A stretch of 64,000 bases of DNA from Eledone cirrhosa (taxonomy: Eukaryota). Of the stretch, positions 27,276-41,088 are shown piece by piece. The stretch covers positions 21,824,001 to 21,888,000 of the forward strand of contig OZ024760.1 in assembly GCA_964016885.1 (NCBI GenBank). The letters run 5' to 3'. The notes beneath the pieces are model-generated. The model was given only the letters and a program-made list of their open reading frames with translations, made no database searches and was not told the origin of the DNA. The position numbers and the translations under genes are program-made. Numbering within the stretch: position 1 is the first letter of the stretch; each line of letters begins with the position of its first letter.

Positions 27276-27523
27276 ATCAGCATCATAGTAAATGAGAGGT
27301 CAATGTGAAAACAAAGAGTCTTTTGTTTCATGATAAAATATGACATTGCATGTGATTTATTTCTAATGTAACAAATGGCTCATATAGAAAATAACAATAG
27401 AAAAAATTTAATTTAAATAGAAACCCTTTAAAAATGGATGCTTTTATTTCATAAAAGCAGAGATAGTTTTGGGAGCAGGTTGGGTTATGTTGGTATCAAA
27501 AGGGTTAAAATATATATAAAAAA

Positions 27524-27610
27524 TTTTACCTGTATACAGTTTTTAATTACAGGAGTGTTATTTCATTAAGAAACTTACCTGCAAATAGAAGAAAAAGAAA
27601 CAACATTAGT
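27524..27610 (-). promoter_or_regulatory. Candidate recursive splice site (3'ss immediately followed by 5'ss) with 49-nt RS-exon
   Basis: Minus strand: ACTAAT gttg tttctttttcttctattt gCAG|GTAAGT ... tatacag|GTAAAA. Confidence 0.6.
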
Positions 27611-27787
27611 ATTGACATCAAATGTAATAGAAGCAATTTTACAATATATATATTCACCTAGAGTATTTTCACAACCTCTCAATTGAAAGCCCAACACTCT
27701 AACCACTAAGCCATGTACCTTCACTATATCCACATACACATGAAACGGATGTCAGAAATAGTTGATAATTACTATGGTGATGATGTT

Positions 27788-28862
27788 CTGTGTGTGTGTG
27801 TGTGTATCAGTATGTGTCTGTATGTGTGTGTGTGTGTGTGTACCAGTGTGAGAGTATGTGTGTGTGTATTAGTGTGTATGTGTATGTGTGTATGTGTGTG
27901 TGTACCAGTGTACCAGTGTGTGTGTGTATTAGTGTGTGGGTGTGTGTGTGTGTGTGTACCAGTGTGAGAGTATGTGTGGGTGGGTGTGTGTGTGTATGTG
28001 TGTGTGTGTACCAGTGTACCAGTGTGTGTACCAGTGTACCAGTGTGTGTGTGTGTATGTGTGTACCAGTGTGAGAGTATGTGTGTGTGGGTGTGTGTGTA
28101 TTCTGTGTGTGTGTGTACCAGTGTACCAGTGTGTGTGTACCAGTGTGAGTATGTGTGTGTGTATTAGTGTGTGCATGTGTGTGCATGTGTGTGTGTACCA
28201 GTGTACCAGTGTGTGTGTGCATGTGTGTGTGTGTACCAGTGTGTGTGTGTGCGTGCATGTGTGTGTGTGTACCAGTGTGTGTGTGTATTAGTGTGTGGGT
28301 GTAATTACTGTAGCCTTCCTTTCTTTATTCTAGTGTAATCTAATTAAACCACAATCTAATATTAAACAAAATTAATTTAATTTTTCAGATTAAAAACAAA
28401 ACAAAAAATTAAAAACAAATGTGTTTCTTTGTCAGAAAGAGACAGAGTAAGAGAGAGAGGGGGATAGATAGACAGAGAGATAGTGGGTGGGGGAGAGAGA
28501 GATAGTGGGTGGGGGAGAGAGAGGGTGGATAGATAGACAGAGAGATAGTGGGTGGGGGAGAGAGAGGGATAGAGGAGAGAGGGGATAGAGACAGAGAGAT
28601 AGTGAGTGGGGGGAGAGGAGAGAGGAGGAGAGAGACAGAGAGATAGTGGGTGGGGGGAGAGGAGAAAGGGGGAGAGAGACAGAGAGATAGTGGGTGGGGG
28701 AGAGAGAGGGTGGATAGATAGACAGAGAGATAGTGGGTGGGGGAGAGAGAGATAGTGGGTGGGGGAGGGGGGATAGTGGTGGGGGGGAGAGATAGTGGGT
28801 GGGGGAGAGAGAGGGTGGATAGACAGACAGAGAGATAGTGGGTGGGGGGAGAGGAGGGAGAG
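27788..28862. repeat. (GT)n with taccag spacers, then GA-rich gatagtgggtgggggagag repeat
   Basis: Direct reading. Confidence 0.9.
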
Positions 28863-28943
28863 GGGAGTCAGGTTGGTTAGCGAACCTCCAACCGTCAAGG
28901 TTGTTTTTCTGCGGGTATGTCAACATTTATAAAACAAATTTTG

Positions 28944-29009
28944 TATTTTATCTGATGAAAGCGCACCAAAATTTGCCTTGGTTGCCGTTGAAATATATAT
29001 AATAAAATA
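28944..29009 (+). ncRNA. Type I hammerhead ribozyme
   Basis: tattttat-CTGATGA-(stem II gc.accaa/ttggttgc)-GAAAT-atat-ATA-ataaaata; perfect 8-bp stem I. Confidence 0.75.
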
Positions 29010-29124
29010 ATTATGGTTTTCTGAAACCAGAAAAAAAGTACTGGGGGTTGATATGATCAACTAAATTGAGACAGTGCCCCAGCATGGCCACAGTCTCATA
29101 ACTTAAACCAGTAAAAGATTAACA

Positions 29125-30320
29125 GAACACACACACACACAAACATAAAAACATATATATATATATATAGACACACACACATATAGAAACCACTCATACA
29201 CATGCACACACATGAAAACACATATATATATATATATACACACACACATATAGAAAACACACATACACACAGAAAACATACATACACACGCACACACATA
29301 GAAAACATACATACACAAACACACACATACATGAAAACACATATATATATATATATATACACACACATATATAGAAAACACACATACACATGCACACACA
29401 CACACAGAAAACATACTTACACATGCACACACACAAACACACAGAAAACATACATACACATACATACACACGCACACACATAGAAAACATACATACACAT
29501 GCACGAACACACATACATGAAAACACATATATATATATGTATACACACACACATATAGAAAACACACATACACACAGACACACACAGAAAACATACATAC
29601 ACATGCAGACACACAAACACACACAGAAAACATACATACACATGCACACACACACACACAGAAAACATACATACACATGCACACACACACAGAGAAAACA
29701 TATATACACATGCACACACACACACACAGTCAGAAAACATACATACACATGCACACACACACACACACACACACACAAAACATACATACACATGCACACA
29801 CACACACACACACACAGAAAACATACATACACATGCACACACACACACACACATACACATGCACACACACACACACACATACACATGCACACACACACAC
29901 ACACATACACATGCACACACACACACACAGTCAGAAAACATACATACACATGCAGACACACAAACACACACACTCAGAAAACATACATACACATGCAGAC
30001 ACACAAACACACACAGAAAACACACATACACATGCAGACACACAAACACACACACAGAAAACATACATACACATGCACACACACACACACACACACAGAA
30101 AACATACACACACACACACACACACAGAAAACATACATACACCTGCACACACACACACACACACTCAGAAAACATACATACACATGCAGACACACAAACA
30201 CACACACAGAAAACATACATACACACACACAGAAAACATACACACACACACACACATAGAAAACACATACAAATGCACACACACACACATACACACATAC
30301 ACAGACACCCACATAGGAAA
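29125..30320. repeat. CA-rich degenerate minisatellite (cagaaaacatacatacacatgcac)
   Basis: Direct reading. Confidence 0.9.
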
Positions 30321-30643
30321 CAGAACGCAGTGTTAACAACACCTGCACAAATAGGTGCATTTGATAAATTTTGGTGATAGGACTTGATATGATGTGATCT
30401 TAATTGGAAAATTGGTTGAAGGTTGACATCTACCTGTCCAACATGGGGTGGTGTTTTGAAGTGACAATGGATATACTGTAATGGAAGCGGATGTAAGATG
30501 ATAATGATGATGATGATGATAATGATGATATATATATATATATAACAATAATGGAACTGCGGCGCTGCAAATGGGTTACATATGAAAAAGTTTGTCCTCA
30601 TCAGTGGCCATCCAACCGTCGTAGGCATTTTGTCGCATTAAAG

Positions 30644-30719
<76 letters not shown>

Positions 30720-30864
30720 TGTAATAAACAACATAATGCAATTATTCCATTTACCAGTGGTTTCTTAAAAGCAAAAAATTTTGCTTTCAATCCTCAGAAT
30801 GAAAAAATCCTGGTCTGTTTATTAAATTTGGATTTTAAAAAAACCTAATATATATATATATATG

Positions 30865-31029
30865 GATGTGTAGGCACCACGGAAAAAAGCACCCAGCACT
30901 CACTGTAAATGAGGTTGGTGTTAGGAAGGGCATCCAGCTGTAGAAATCAAGCCAAAATCAGTTCCCGTCCCACCCTTGCAAGCAGGGAAAAAGCGGACGT
31001 AAAATGAAATGATGATGATGATGAAATGA

Positions 31030-31079
<50 letters not shown>

Positions 31080-31462
31080 ACACACACACACATATATGGC
31101 TCAGTGGTTAGAGCATTGGCCTTGCAATCGAAAGGTTGTGAGTTCAATTATCAGGCCGGGTGATGTGTTGTTTCCTTGAGCAAGACACTTTATTTCACAT
31201 TGCTCCAGTAATGAGATGATAGGGACTTGAGTCCTTATCATTCCACTGCAAAGTTGTTGTGGAGGTGCCACGGCAAAAAAGCACCCAGCCCACACTGTAA
31301 AGTGGACGTGTAGGCACCACGGAAAAAAAAAGCACCCAGGACTCACTGTAAATGAGGTTGGCGTTAGGAAGGGCATCCAGCTGTAGAAATCAAGCCACAA
31401 TCAGTTCCTGTCCCACCCTTGCAAGCAGGGAAAAGCGGACGTAAAATGAAATGATGATGATA
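30865..31462 (+). mobile_element. SINE family A: 3' fragment plus a full-length copy
   Basis: A-box at ~31097, core and tail. Confidence 0.9.
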
Positions 31463-31469
31463 TATATGT

Positions 31470-31685
31470 ATGTAAAAGGTACACAGAAATAACAACACAA
31501 CCGGTACAGTATATGGAAGGAATGTATTAGGTTAATGCTTGATATAGCAGGAAGAGGGTCTTAACGTTTCAGACGCTAGTTCTTCATCAGAAGAATAAGA
31601 AATTAGAAAAATTGAAGGGACAGGCAGGGTGGAATTGAGAAAATGTTTTTAGAGAAAAATAACAGGTCCATTCATGTTGTTATCT
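31470..31685 (-). mobile_element. ~210-bp hammerhead-bearing element family P3
   Basis: Homologous to 56670-56890 (+) and 63076-63300 (-). Confidence 0.8.
31559..31594 (-). ncRNA. Minimal type I hammerhead ribozyme (P3)
   Basis: tctt-CTGATGA-aga actagcg tct-GAAAC-GTT-aaga; palindrome AACGTT. Confidence 0.7.
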
Positions 31686-32198
31686 ATATAAATAAATATG
31701 TTGATGATGATGATGATATATACATGCTCATAGGTGGATTAAATAAATAAATACATACACAAGCACAATAACAACAAGCACATAAACACACACTAGTCAC
31801 CCATCACACAGCAAACAAAACACTATACACACGCACAAACGCATGCGCAAAGTAGACAAAATAAAATAAACAAACAAGCAAATAAATAAATAAATATATA
31901 GACAGACTGAATAAAAATGGCGTAGACATACAATACAACAGGAGGAAAATGTAACACCACTGACGATGTTGCATATGTGCAACGAAAGATTTATGATAAA
32001 CTATATATATCTGTTTGTGTCTTTATTGTATCTGTATTATTTTTGACCGTCGGTCAGTCAATGGCAACATTGAGGACCGAGTAAGTTAGATTACCGATAT
32101 AAAAGACACAGAAGCGAGAAGCGAAAACCAACCAAACAGTGAGTGTGTTCTGTTATTAATTCTGGCAATATTACACAAATATGACCCTCCCCAAGTAT

Positions 32199-32588
<390 letters not shown>

Positions 32589-33124
32589 TATATATATATA
32601 TATATATATATATTTATAGATATATATATTTATATATATATATTTATATATATATTTATATATATATATATTTATATATATCTGTGTTATTATGTTCTTT
32701 GTTTCACTGTATAAATGTGTATGTATATATGTGTGTGTCCACACACAGCCATGCCGATGGTGCTGAAACACACATTAACATGCTTATGACACATCACACA
32801 CACAGACATACACACAAAGACATACACACACGACATACAGACATACACACACATATATGTAACTACACAACATACCATAGCTGTGACTGTACTAATGCCT
32901 GATTCAGCTTTTTGAGTATCACACACATACATACACATACATACACACATATATATATATATATACACATACAGACACACATACATGTATCATCATCATC
33001 ATCATCATCATCATCATTATTGTTGTTATTTGAATATCTCACACACATATATATACATATTTATATAGACACACACACACAGAGGCAGACACATATACAT
33101 ACATATATATATACAGAGCAGACA

Positions 33125-33413
33125 CGTGTATATATACACACAGCAGACATGTGTATATATACAATGAGATTTAATATTGTACACACTTAACACACACATA
33201 TATATATATATATACAGACATATATATATATATACACAGACAGACAGACATGTGTATATATACAATGAGATTTAATATTGTACACACTAAACACACATAT
33301 ATATACATATATACAGACAGATATATATATATATATATACAGACAGACATATAAATATACACAGACAGACACTTGTGTATATATACAATGAGATTTAATA
33401 TTGTACACACTTA

Positions 33414-33447
<34 letters not shown>

Positions 33448-33544
33448 ACATATATATATACAGACAGACATATATATATATACAGACAGACACATGTGTG
33501 TATATATACAATGAGATTTAATATTGTACACACATAACACACAC

Positions 33545-33581
<37 letters not shown>

Positions 33582-33837
33582 CATACATATATATATATAC
33601 ACAGACAGACACATGTGTATATATACAATGAGATTTAATATTGTACACACTTAACACACACATATATATATATATATACAGACATATATATACACACAAA
33701 CAGACATGTGTATACAATGAGATTTAATATTGTACACACATAACACACACACACATATATATATATATACAGACATATATATATACACACAAACAGACGT
33801 GTATATATACAATGAGATTTAATATTGTACACACATA

Positions 33838-33868
<31 letters not shown>

Positions 33869-34080
33869 CATATATATATACAGACAGACATATATATATA
33901 TACACAAACCGACACATGTGTATATATACAACGAGATTTAATATTGTACACACATAACACACACACATATATATATACAGACAGACATATACACACAGAC
34001 ATACACAGAGACACATATATATATACACAGACACATGTATATATACAAGGAAAATCAATATTGTACACACATAACACATA
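33125..34080. repeat. ~110-bp tandem repeat (~9 copies) with core tacaatgagatttaatattgtacacac
   Basis: Constant core separated by variable TA/CA tracts. Confidence 0.9.
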
Positions 34081-34695
34081 TATAATCAATATAGATCTTT
34101 GTTAGCCTCCTCTCACACACATACACGATCAATAGTACTCACACACAGACATACATATACAGATACACACACAATCAAAAAGATACACACACATACACGA
34201 TCAATAGTACTCACACACACAAACATATAATTGTAAAGAAACACACACACAATCAATAAGACACACACATACATATACATACACACACACAATCAATAAG
34301 ACACACACACACACACAATGACATAGATATACAGATACACACACACATTCAATAAGACACATACTCACATACAATTGTTAAGTCACACACACACACACAA
34401 TCAATAAGACACATACTTACATACAATTGTTAAGTCACACATATAGATATATAGACACACATACACACAATCAATAAGATACATATACACATACAATTGT
34501 TAAGTCACACACACAGATATACAGATACACACACACAATCAATGAAACACATACACACACACACAATTAATAAGACTCATACACACACACAATTGTTAAA
34601 ACACACACAAACACACGTACTTACATACAAACATATGCACATACACATGCATATGAGAGAGAGAGAGAGAGATAGGGATAGAGAGAGAGAGATAG

Positions 34696-34751
<56 letters not shown>

Positions 34752-35008
34752 GGCTAGAGAGAGAGATATATATAGAATGAGACAGAGAGAGGGAGAGCGA
34801 GTGAGAGAGAGGGAGAGCGAGTGAGAGAGAGAGTGAGTGAGAGAGAGTGTGAGAGAGAGAGAGATATAGAGTGAGAGAGAGATAGACAGATAGAGTGAGA
34901 AAGATAGAGTGAGAGAGAGAGATATATAGTGAGAGTAAGAGAGAGAGAGAGAGAGAGTGAGAGAGAGAGTGAGAGAGAGAGTGAGAGAGAGAGTGAGAGA
35001 GAGAGTGA

Positions 35009-35041
<33 letters not shown>

Positions 35042-35297
35042 TGAGAGAGAGAGACAGACAGACAGACAATTTATTCTTTTAATTGATATGTATTCTCCAT
35101 TCCTTTCGTAGACTTTATGTTTTTCACTCTGGTGGGTTTCTACCCCCTATAATTCAACAAATACCTATATAAGCTTTCTTTTCTATATATTGTCTTATAA
35201 AGAGCCTGGTACCTATTCCTTGAGCTCATTAAATTACAGGGGATTAACGCAAGTTTTTAACTTCGTTTTTTAATTTGATATATATATATATATATGT

Positions 35298-35625
35298 AGG
35301 CACATGGCTTAGTGGTTAGAGCATTGGCCTTGCAATCGAAAGGTTGTGAGTTCAATTCTCAGACCGGGTGATGTGTTGTTTCCTTGAGCAAGACACTTTA
35401 TTTCACATTGCTCCAGTTTACTCAGCTGTAGAACTGAGATGATAGGGACTGGGTCCCTATCATTCCACTGTAAAGTGGACGTGTAGGTGCCACGGCAAAA
35501 AAGCACCCAGCACTCACTGTAAATGAGGTTGGTGTTAGGAAGGGCATCCAGCTGTAGAAATCAAGCTAGAATCAGTTCCCGTCCCACCCTTGCAAGCAGG
35601 GAAAAGTGGACGTAAAATGAAATGA
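35298..35625 (+). mobile_element. SINE family A, full length
   Basis: ggcacatggcttagtggttagagc head through tail. Confidence 0.9.
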
Positions 35626-35663
35626 AATATTTGCTTGTTTTATCCCAACAAATTAAATATAAC

Positions 35664-35707
<44 letters not shown>

Positions 35708-35730
35708 TTTATTAAGGGTAATTAGTCAGT

Positions 35731-35823
35731 CTTGTAACTCTGGAGTTTCACCTGTTTATAACAGGGTCATCACACACTCTTGTCTGATGATCTTGTGATA
35801 ACAGGTGAAACTCTAGAGTAGCC
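35731..35823. ncRNA. Two hammerhead motifs in inverted orientation
   Basis: +: cttgt-CTGATGA-tcttgtgataacaggt-GAAAC-tctaga-GTA; -: tgt-GTGATGA-ccctgttataaacaggt-GAAAC-tccaga-GTT-acaag. Confidence 0.7.
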
Positions 35824-35829
35824 TTAACT

Positions 35830-38800
35830 CTAGTTCAGAGTGAGAGGGGTAGGTAGAGAGTGAGAGGGGTAGGTAGAGAGTGAGAGAGAATGGTAGGTAG
35901 AGAGTGAGAGGGGTAGGTAGAGAGTGAGAGAGAATGGAAGAGAGAGAGAGAGATGGCAGGAGGAGAGAGTGAGATGGAAGAGAGAGGGAGAGATGGAAGG
36001 AGGAGAGAGAGATGGAAGAGAGAGGGAGAGATGGAAGGAGGAGAGAGAGATGGCAGGAAGAGAGAGAGATGGAAGAGAGAGAGAGATGGAAGAGAGAGTG
36101 AGATGGCAGGAAGAGAGAGAGAGATGGAAGAGAGAGTGAGATGGCAGGAAGAGAGAGTGAGATGGCAGGAAGAGAGAGTGAGATGGCAGGAAGAGAGAGA
36201 GAGAGATGGCAGGAAGAGAGAGAGAGAGATGGCAGGAAGAGAGAGAGAGAGATGGCAGGAAGAGAGAGAGAGAATGGAAGAGAGAGTGAGAGAGGATGGA
36301 AGAGAGAGTGAGACAGGATGGAAGAGAGAGAGAGATGGAAGAGAGAGGTAGGAGGAGAGAGGCAGGAGGGGAGAGAGAGGTGTGTGTGGGGGTGGGAAGG
36401 CAACAATTCCAGAAGAGTGTCTAATGGATGACTTCAACAGAATTGAATGTGATGCCAATATGTGGTTTAATCATCTTTACCATTTGTCACAGTGGAGAGA
36501 GGAGGAGGAGGCGAGGGGGGAGTGGGAGAGTGGTGTTGTGAGGAGGGGGTAGTGGGAGAGTGGTGGTGTTGTGAGGAGGGGGTAGTGGGAGAGTGGTGGT
36601 GTGAGGAGGGGAGAGGAGGAGAGTGGTGGTGTGAGGAGGGGAGACAGTGGGGGTGAGGAGGGGTTGAGTGGGGGGATAGGGAGAAGCTATTATAGTGGAG
36701 GGGAGGGGGTTGAGTGAGGAGGGGAGAGAGAAGGGAGAGGAGAGGTGAAGAGAGGTAGAAGCTATTATAGTGGAGCGGAGACGGGGTGGGTGGTTTGTAT
36801 CAGGAGAGGAGAGAGGAAATGAAAGAAGCGTGTGGGTGTGTGAGGGTGGGTGTTGGGAGGGTGGGTGTTGGGAGGGTGGGTGTTGGGAGGGGGAGGGTGG
36901 GGTGGGCTGAGGGAGAAGCTATTATAGTGGAGGGGAAAGTGTGGTGGTGGTGTGAGGAAGGGGAGAGAGAGAGAGGAGAGCTGGGTCAGGTGAGTAAGAA
37001 GCTATTACAGGAGAGGGGGAGACGGGGTTGGGTTGAGGAAGAAGCTATTACAGTGGAGAGGAAAGAGAGCGGGGGAGTGATGAGGGGAGGGGAGAGACTA
37101 TAACAATGAGAGAGTGAGAGTCTATACTATCACAGTGAAAGAGAGAGAGAAAGAGAGAGGATGAGCAGTGAGGAGGAGAAAGAAGAGAGATAGAAGTGAG
37201 AAGAGAGAGAGAAGAGAGAGAGGAGGAAGAGTTAAGAGAAGAGAGAAGAGGAGAAAGAAGGAGGAAAAGAAAGAGGAGAGAGAAGTAGATAAGAGGAGAA
37301 AAGAGAAAACAAGGAAAAAAGAAGAGGAAATAAAAGAAGAAAAACAAAGATGAAAAAGAAGAAAAGGAGAGAAAAGGAGAGAAAAGAGATGAAAAGGAAG
37401 GAAAAGGAAAGAAAAGAGATGAAAAGGAAAGAAAAGAGATGAAAAGGAAAGAAAAGAGAAAAAAGGAAAGAGATGAAAAGGAAGGAAAGGGGAGAAAAGA
37501 AAGAAAAAATGTAAAAAAGAAGAAAAGATCAAAAAAAGGAAAAAAAAAGAGATGAAAAAGAAAGGAAAGGAGAGAAAAAAAAAGATGAAAAAGAATAAAA
37601 TTGATGACACATTGAGGATTTCATGAGAATATTTGAAATAATTGACTTTCATATTGACTGGGAATATAGTGTGTGTGTGTATGTGTGTGTGTATGTGTAT
37701 ATGTTAGGCTGTATGTGTGTGTTTGTGTATATGTGCTTATATGTGGGTATGTGTATATGTGTGTGTTTGTGTGTATATGTTTGTCTGTATGTGCGTGTGT
37801 GTTTGTTTGTGTGTGTATATATGTATATGTTTGTCAGCATGTGTTTGTTTGTGTATATGTGCTTATATGTGGGTATGTGTATATGTGTGTGTGTGTATAT
37901 GTTTGCCTGTGTGTGTGTGTGTGTATGTGTGTGTGTATGTGTGTGTGCATGTATATATGTGTATGTTTGCGTGTATGTGTGTATTGAGTATGTATATGTG
38001 TGTGTATCCATGTGTGTGCGTATTCATGTGTGCGAGTATGCATATGTGTGTGTATTCTTATGTGTGTGTATACACGTGTGTGTGTATACACGTGTGTGTG
38101 TATACACGTGTGTGTGTATACACGTGTGTGTGTATACACGTGTGTGTGTGTATCAGTGTGTGTGTGTGTATCAGTGTGTGTGTGTGTATCAGTGTGTGTG
38201 TGTATCAGTGTGTGTGTGTGTATCAGTGTGTGTGTGTGTATCAGTGTGTGTATCAGTGTGTGTGTGTGTATCAGTGTGTGTGTGTATCAGTGTGTGTATA
38301 GATATGTGTGTGTGTAATGTGAATGTCACCCAGTGCTACATGAGATAGAATCCCTTGTGGTATTTTTTCCTCCCCGCTGTTCTCTGAGTTCAAATCACAC
38401 CGAGGCCACCTTTGCCTTTCAACCATTGTAGGGTCAGTAGAACAAAGTACCAGTGTTGTACTGGGGTCGATTTAAGAGAGGAAAAGGGGGAGAGAAGAGA
38501 CGTGGGGGGAGTGATAATAAAGACAGAACGAGGGAGGGAGAGAGAAAAAGTGAGAGAGGGATAGAGAGGGATAGAGAGAGAGAGAGAAAGAGAAAAAGAG
38601 AAAAAGAGAAAAAGAGAGAAAGAGAGAGAGAGAAAGAGAGAGAGAGAGAAAGAGAAAGAGAGAGAGAGAAAGAGAGAAAGAGAGAGAGAGAAAGAGAGAG
38701 AGAGAAAGAGAGAAAGAGAGAGAGAGAAAGAGAGAAAGAGAGAAAGAGAGAGAGAGAAAGAGAGAGAGAGAAAGAGAGAGAGAGAAAGAGAGAGAGAGAA

Positions 38801-39400
38801 AGAGAGAGAAAGAGAGAGAAAGAGAGAGAGAGGCGTTGGGAGAGTGTGCGAGAGAGAGAGGAGGAGAGATAGAGAGAAAAGGAAGCGAGTTAGAAAGAGG
38901 GAGAGAGGAAGGGATAGGGAGGGAGAGAGAGGCAGGGATAGAGAGAGAAAAGGGGTAGAGAGAGAGGGAGAGAGACAGAAAGAGAGAGAGGGGGATAGAG
39001 AGACAGAGTAATTATATGTGGGGTGGTGACGGCGCTGAGTAGAGAAATTCTTTCATCCTTTCGAGGTCAATAAAGAAACAAACAACAAACAAGCCCAGGA
39101 CTGGATCTGATTTAATACTCTCTCTCTCTCTATGCCTCTCTCTCTGTCTCATCTCTCTCTCCATCTCTCTCTCCATCTCTCTCTCCATCTCTCTCTCCAT
39201 CTCTCTCTGTCTTTCTCTCTGAATCTGTCTCCTTCTCTGTCTCTCTCTCTCCGTCACTCTCTCTCCGTCTCTCCCTCCCTCTCTCTCTCTCTCTATGCCT
39301 CTCTCTCTGTCTCTCTCCATCTCTCTCTGTCACTCTCTCTGTATCTGTCTCCTTCTCTGTCTGTCTCTCTCTCTCCGTCTCTCTCTCTCCGTCTCTCTCT
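35830..39400. repeat. GA-rich, GT-rich and CT-rich low-complexity tracts with two decayed SINE B fragments (~38350-38470, ~39030-39110)
   Basis: Direct reading. Confidence 0.85.
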
Positions 39401-39601
39401 CTATATTCAGGTTTGAAGGTTCACCACTGGATAGAGCTGGTCAATTCTGTGTGGTCAATCTCAATGTAATAATATGGAGAGTACTCAACGTAAAGCAGTT
39501 CAACCGTCTTCGTTTTTGTAGTTGGTGGTGCTAGTACGGAGTTAAATATTATAATAAAATGACAGGAGGCTGGGCTTGTGTAAATCCTTGAAAGGTTTAT
39601 T

Positions 39602-39659
39602 ATACTATGATCATTTCAATGACCGGGTTCCGTATGAATCCGGTGATATCATCAGGTAT
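39602..39659 (-). ncRNA. Type I hammerhead ribozyme (left arm)
   Basis: atac-CTGATGA-(accgg/ccggt stem II)-GAAAT-gatc-ATA-gtat. Confidence 0.8.
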
Positions 39660-39803
39660 TCGAAATATAATAAATGAATGTAATAGATAAAATCCATGGG
39701 GCTGACCAGTTAAAGTGGAAGATGCTAGATGGTCGGTCGTCCTCGGGTCTATGATTTTCAGCCCCATGGATTTTATCTGTTACATTCATTTATTATATTT
39801 CGA

Positions 39804-39861
39804 ATACCTGATGATATCACCGGATTCATACAGAACCCGGTCATTGAAATGATCATAGTAT
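39804..39861 (+). ncRNA. Type I hammerhead ribozyme (right arm)
   Basis: atac-CTGATGA-tatcaccgg..ccggtcatt-GAAAT-gatc-ATA-gtat; palindrome ATGATCAT; predicted cut after A39857. Confidence 0.8.
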
Positions 39862-40169
39862 AATAAACCTGTCAATGATTTACACAAGTCCAGCCTCCTG
39901 TCATTTTATTATAATTATATATATATATATATATTGGTAAACGGAATAGAAAATGCTGACAAATTGTTCACAGTTGAAAAATGGTTTAATTAGGAATAAA
40001 AGAGTATTAGTGATTGTATGGGTTAGTATTCAGTTGTGGTTTTAAGTTTTTAAGTTTTTACCGGTTACGCATTTTAAATGCTTTTCAAAAATAATTTTGA
40101 GATAGAGTGTCCGTGCTGTTTGCTCTGATCAGATTAGTTTTGGGAATTCTACCTGTTTTTATGTTAAAA

Positions 40170-40224
<55 letters not shown>

Positions 40225-40229
<5 letters not shown>

Positions 40230-40395
40230 AAGGGTCTGGTGAAATATCAGATGGACCATAACCCACCAGAGTACTCAATACTTGGGGTAGTAGAGTGGGT
40301 AATAGGAAAAGATTCAAACTAAATCCTTTGATTTAATTCAGTTCTAGCTGTTGAAACGGCCAAAGCTCAGCCATTGGGGCCCAGAATCTTTTCAT
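40225..40395 (-). mobile_element. Family P1 remnant, diverged
   Basis: gagtactcaatacttggggtagtagagtgggtaat tail plus gaaaagattc/gaatcttttc inverted ends. Confidence 0.7.
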
Positions 40396-40657
40396 ATATA
40401 TAATTGAGCCGTGGATTATTGAGTCGGCTAGGATCGATACAGATCAAACCTTGAGCTGATCAGTGGTGAAACACGTGTCACCTATCAATAAATGCAATGA
40501 AGGAGTAATCAATCATCCTTGTTATCCTTTCAATATATTACACGCTGTATAGCTCTACACCTCATCACAGAAGTGAACCTAAACATCGAGTGCTCTCCCG
40601 GGTGAACCTGCAGTAACTCCAAGTTACACCCCCTGGATATATATATATATATATATA

Positions 40658-40838
40658 TCACGGTAAAAACCGCCCAGCCCCACACTGTAAATGTGGTTGG
40701 TGTTAGGAAGGGCATCCAACTGTAGAAAACCCGTCAGACAGTCCTATGCGAGCAAGACAACCACTCTTGCCTCAAGTGGGAAAACTCCCGTCCAAACCCA
40801 TGCAAGCATGGAAGATGGACGTTAAACGATGATGATGA
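40658..40838 (+). mobile_element. SINE 3' module (tail type 3)
   Basis: Matches 14330-14520. Confidence 0.8.
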
Positions 40839-40861
40839 TATATATATATATATATATATAT

Positions 40862-41047
40862 ATAGGAACCAGTAAGACCCCGACAGCTGAGCTCAAGCCG
40901 TTTCGACGGCTAATTCTGGATAGCCGTCGACACGGCTTGAGCTCAGCTGTCGGGGTCTTACTGGTTCCTATTTCCCTCTCTACTACCCTAAGTATTGAGT
41001 ACTTTGGTGCGTTATGGTCCACCTGGTTCCTTACCACATTTCCTTCG

Positions 41048-41049
<2 letters not shown>
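40862..41049 (+). mobile_element. Family P1 remnant with ~50-bp fold-back
   Basis: 40862-40911 vs 40921-40971 near-perfect inversion, then P1 tail. Confidence 0.8.

Positions 41050-41088
<39 letters not shown>

Larger units (their letters stand above)
39549..39914. mobile_element. Fold-back element: ~157-bp inverted arms, 52-bp spacer, hammerhead in each arm
   Basis: 39549-39705 vs 39758-39914, only a few mismatches. Confidence 0.9.

Noticed and set aside
35298-35370. tRNA gene
   Set aside because: tRNA-like A/B boxes are SINE heads continuing into core and tail, with no proper acceptor stem
39405-39540. Possible plus-strand exon after a CT tract (ttcag|gtttg)
   Set aside because: The pyrimidine tract is a microsatellite; no recognisable product or good donor site
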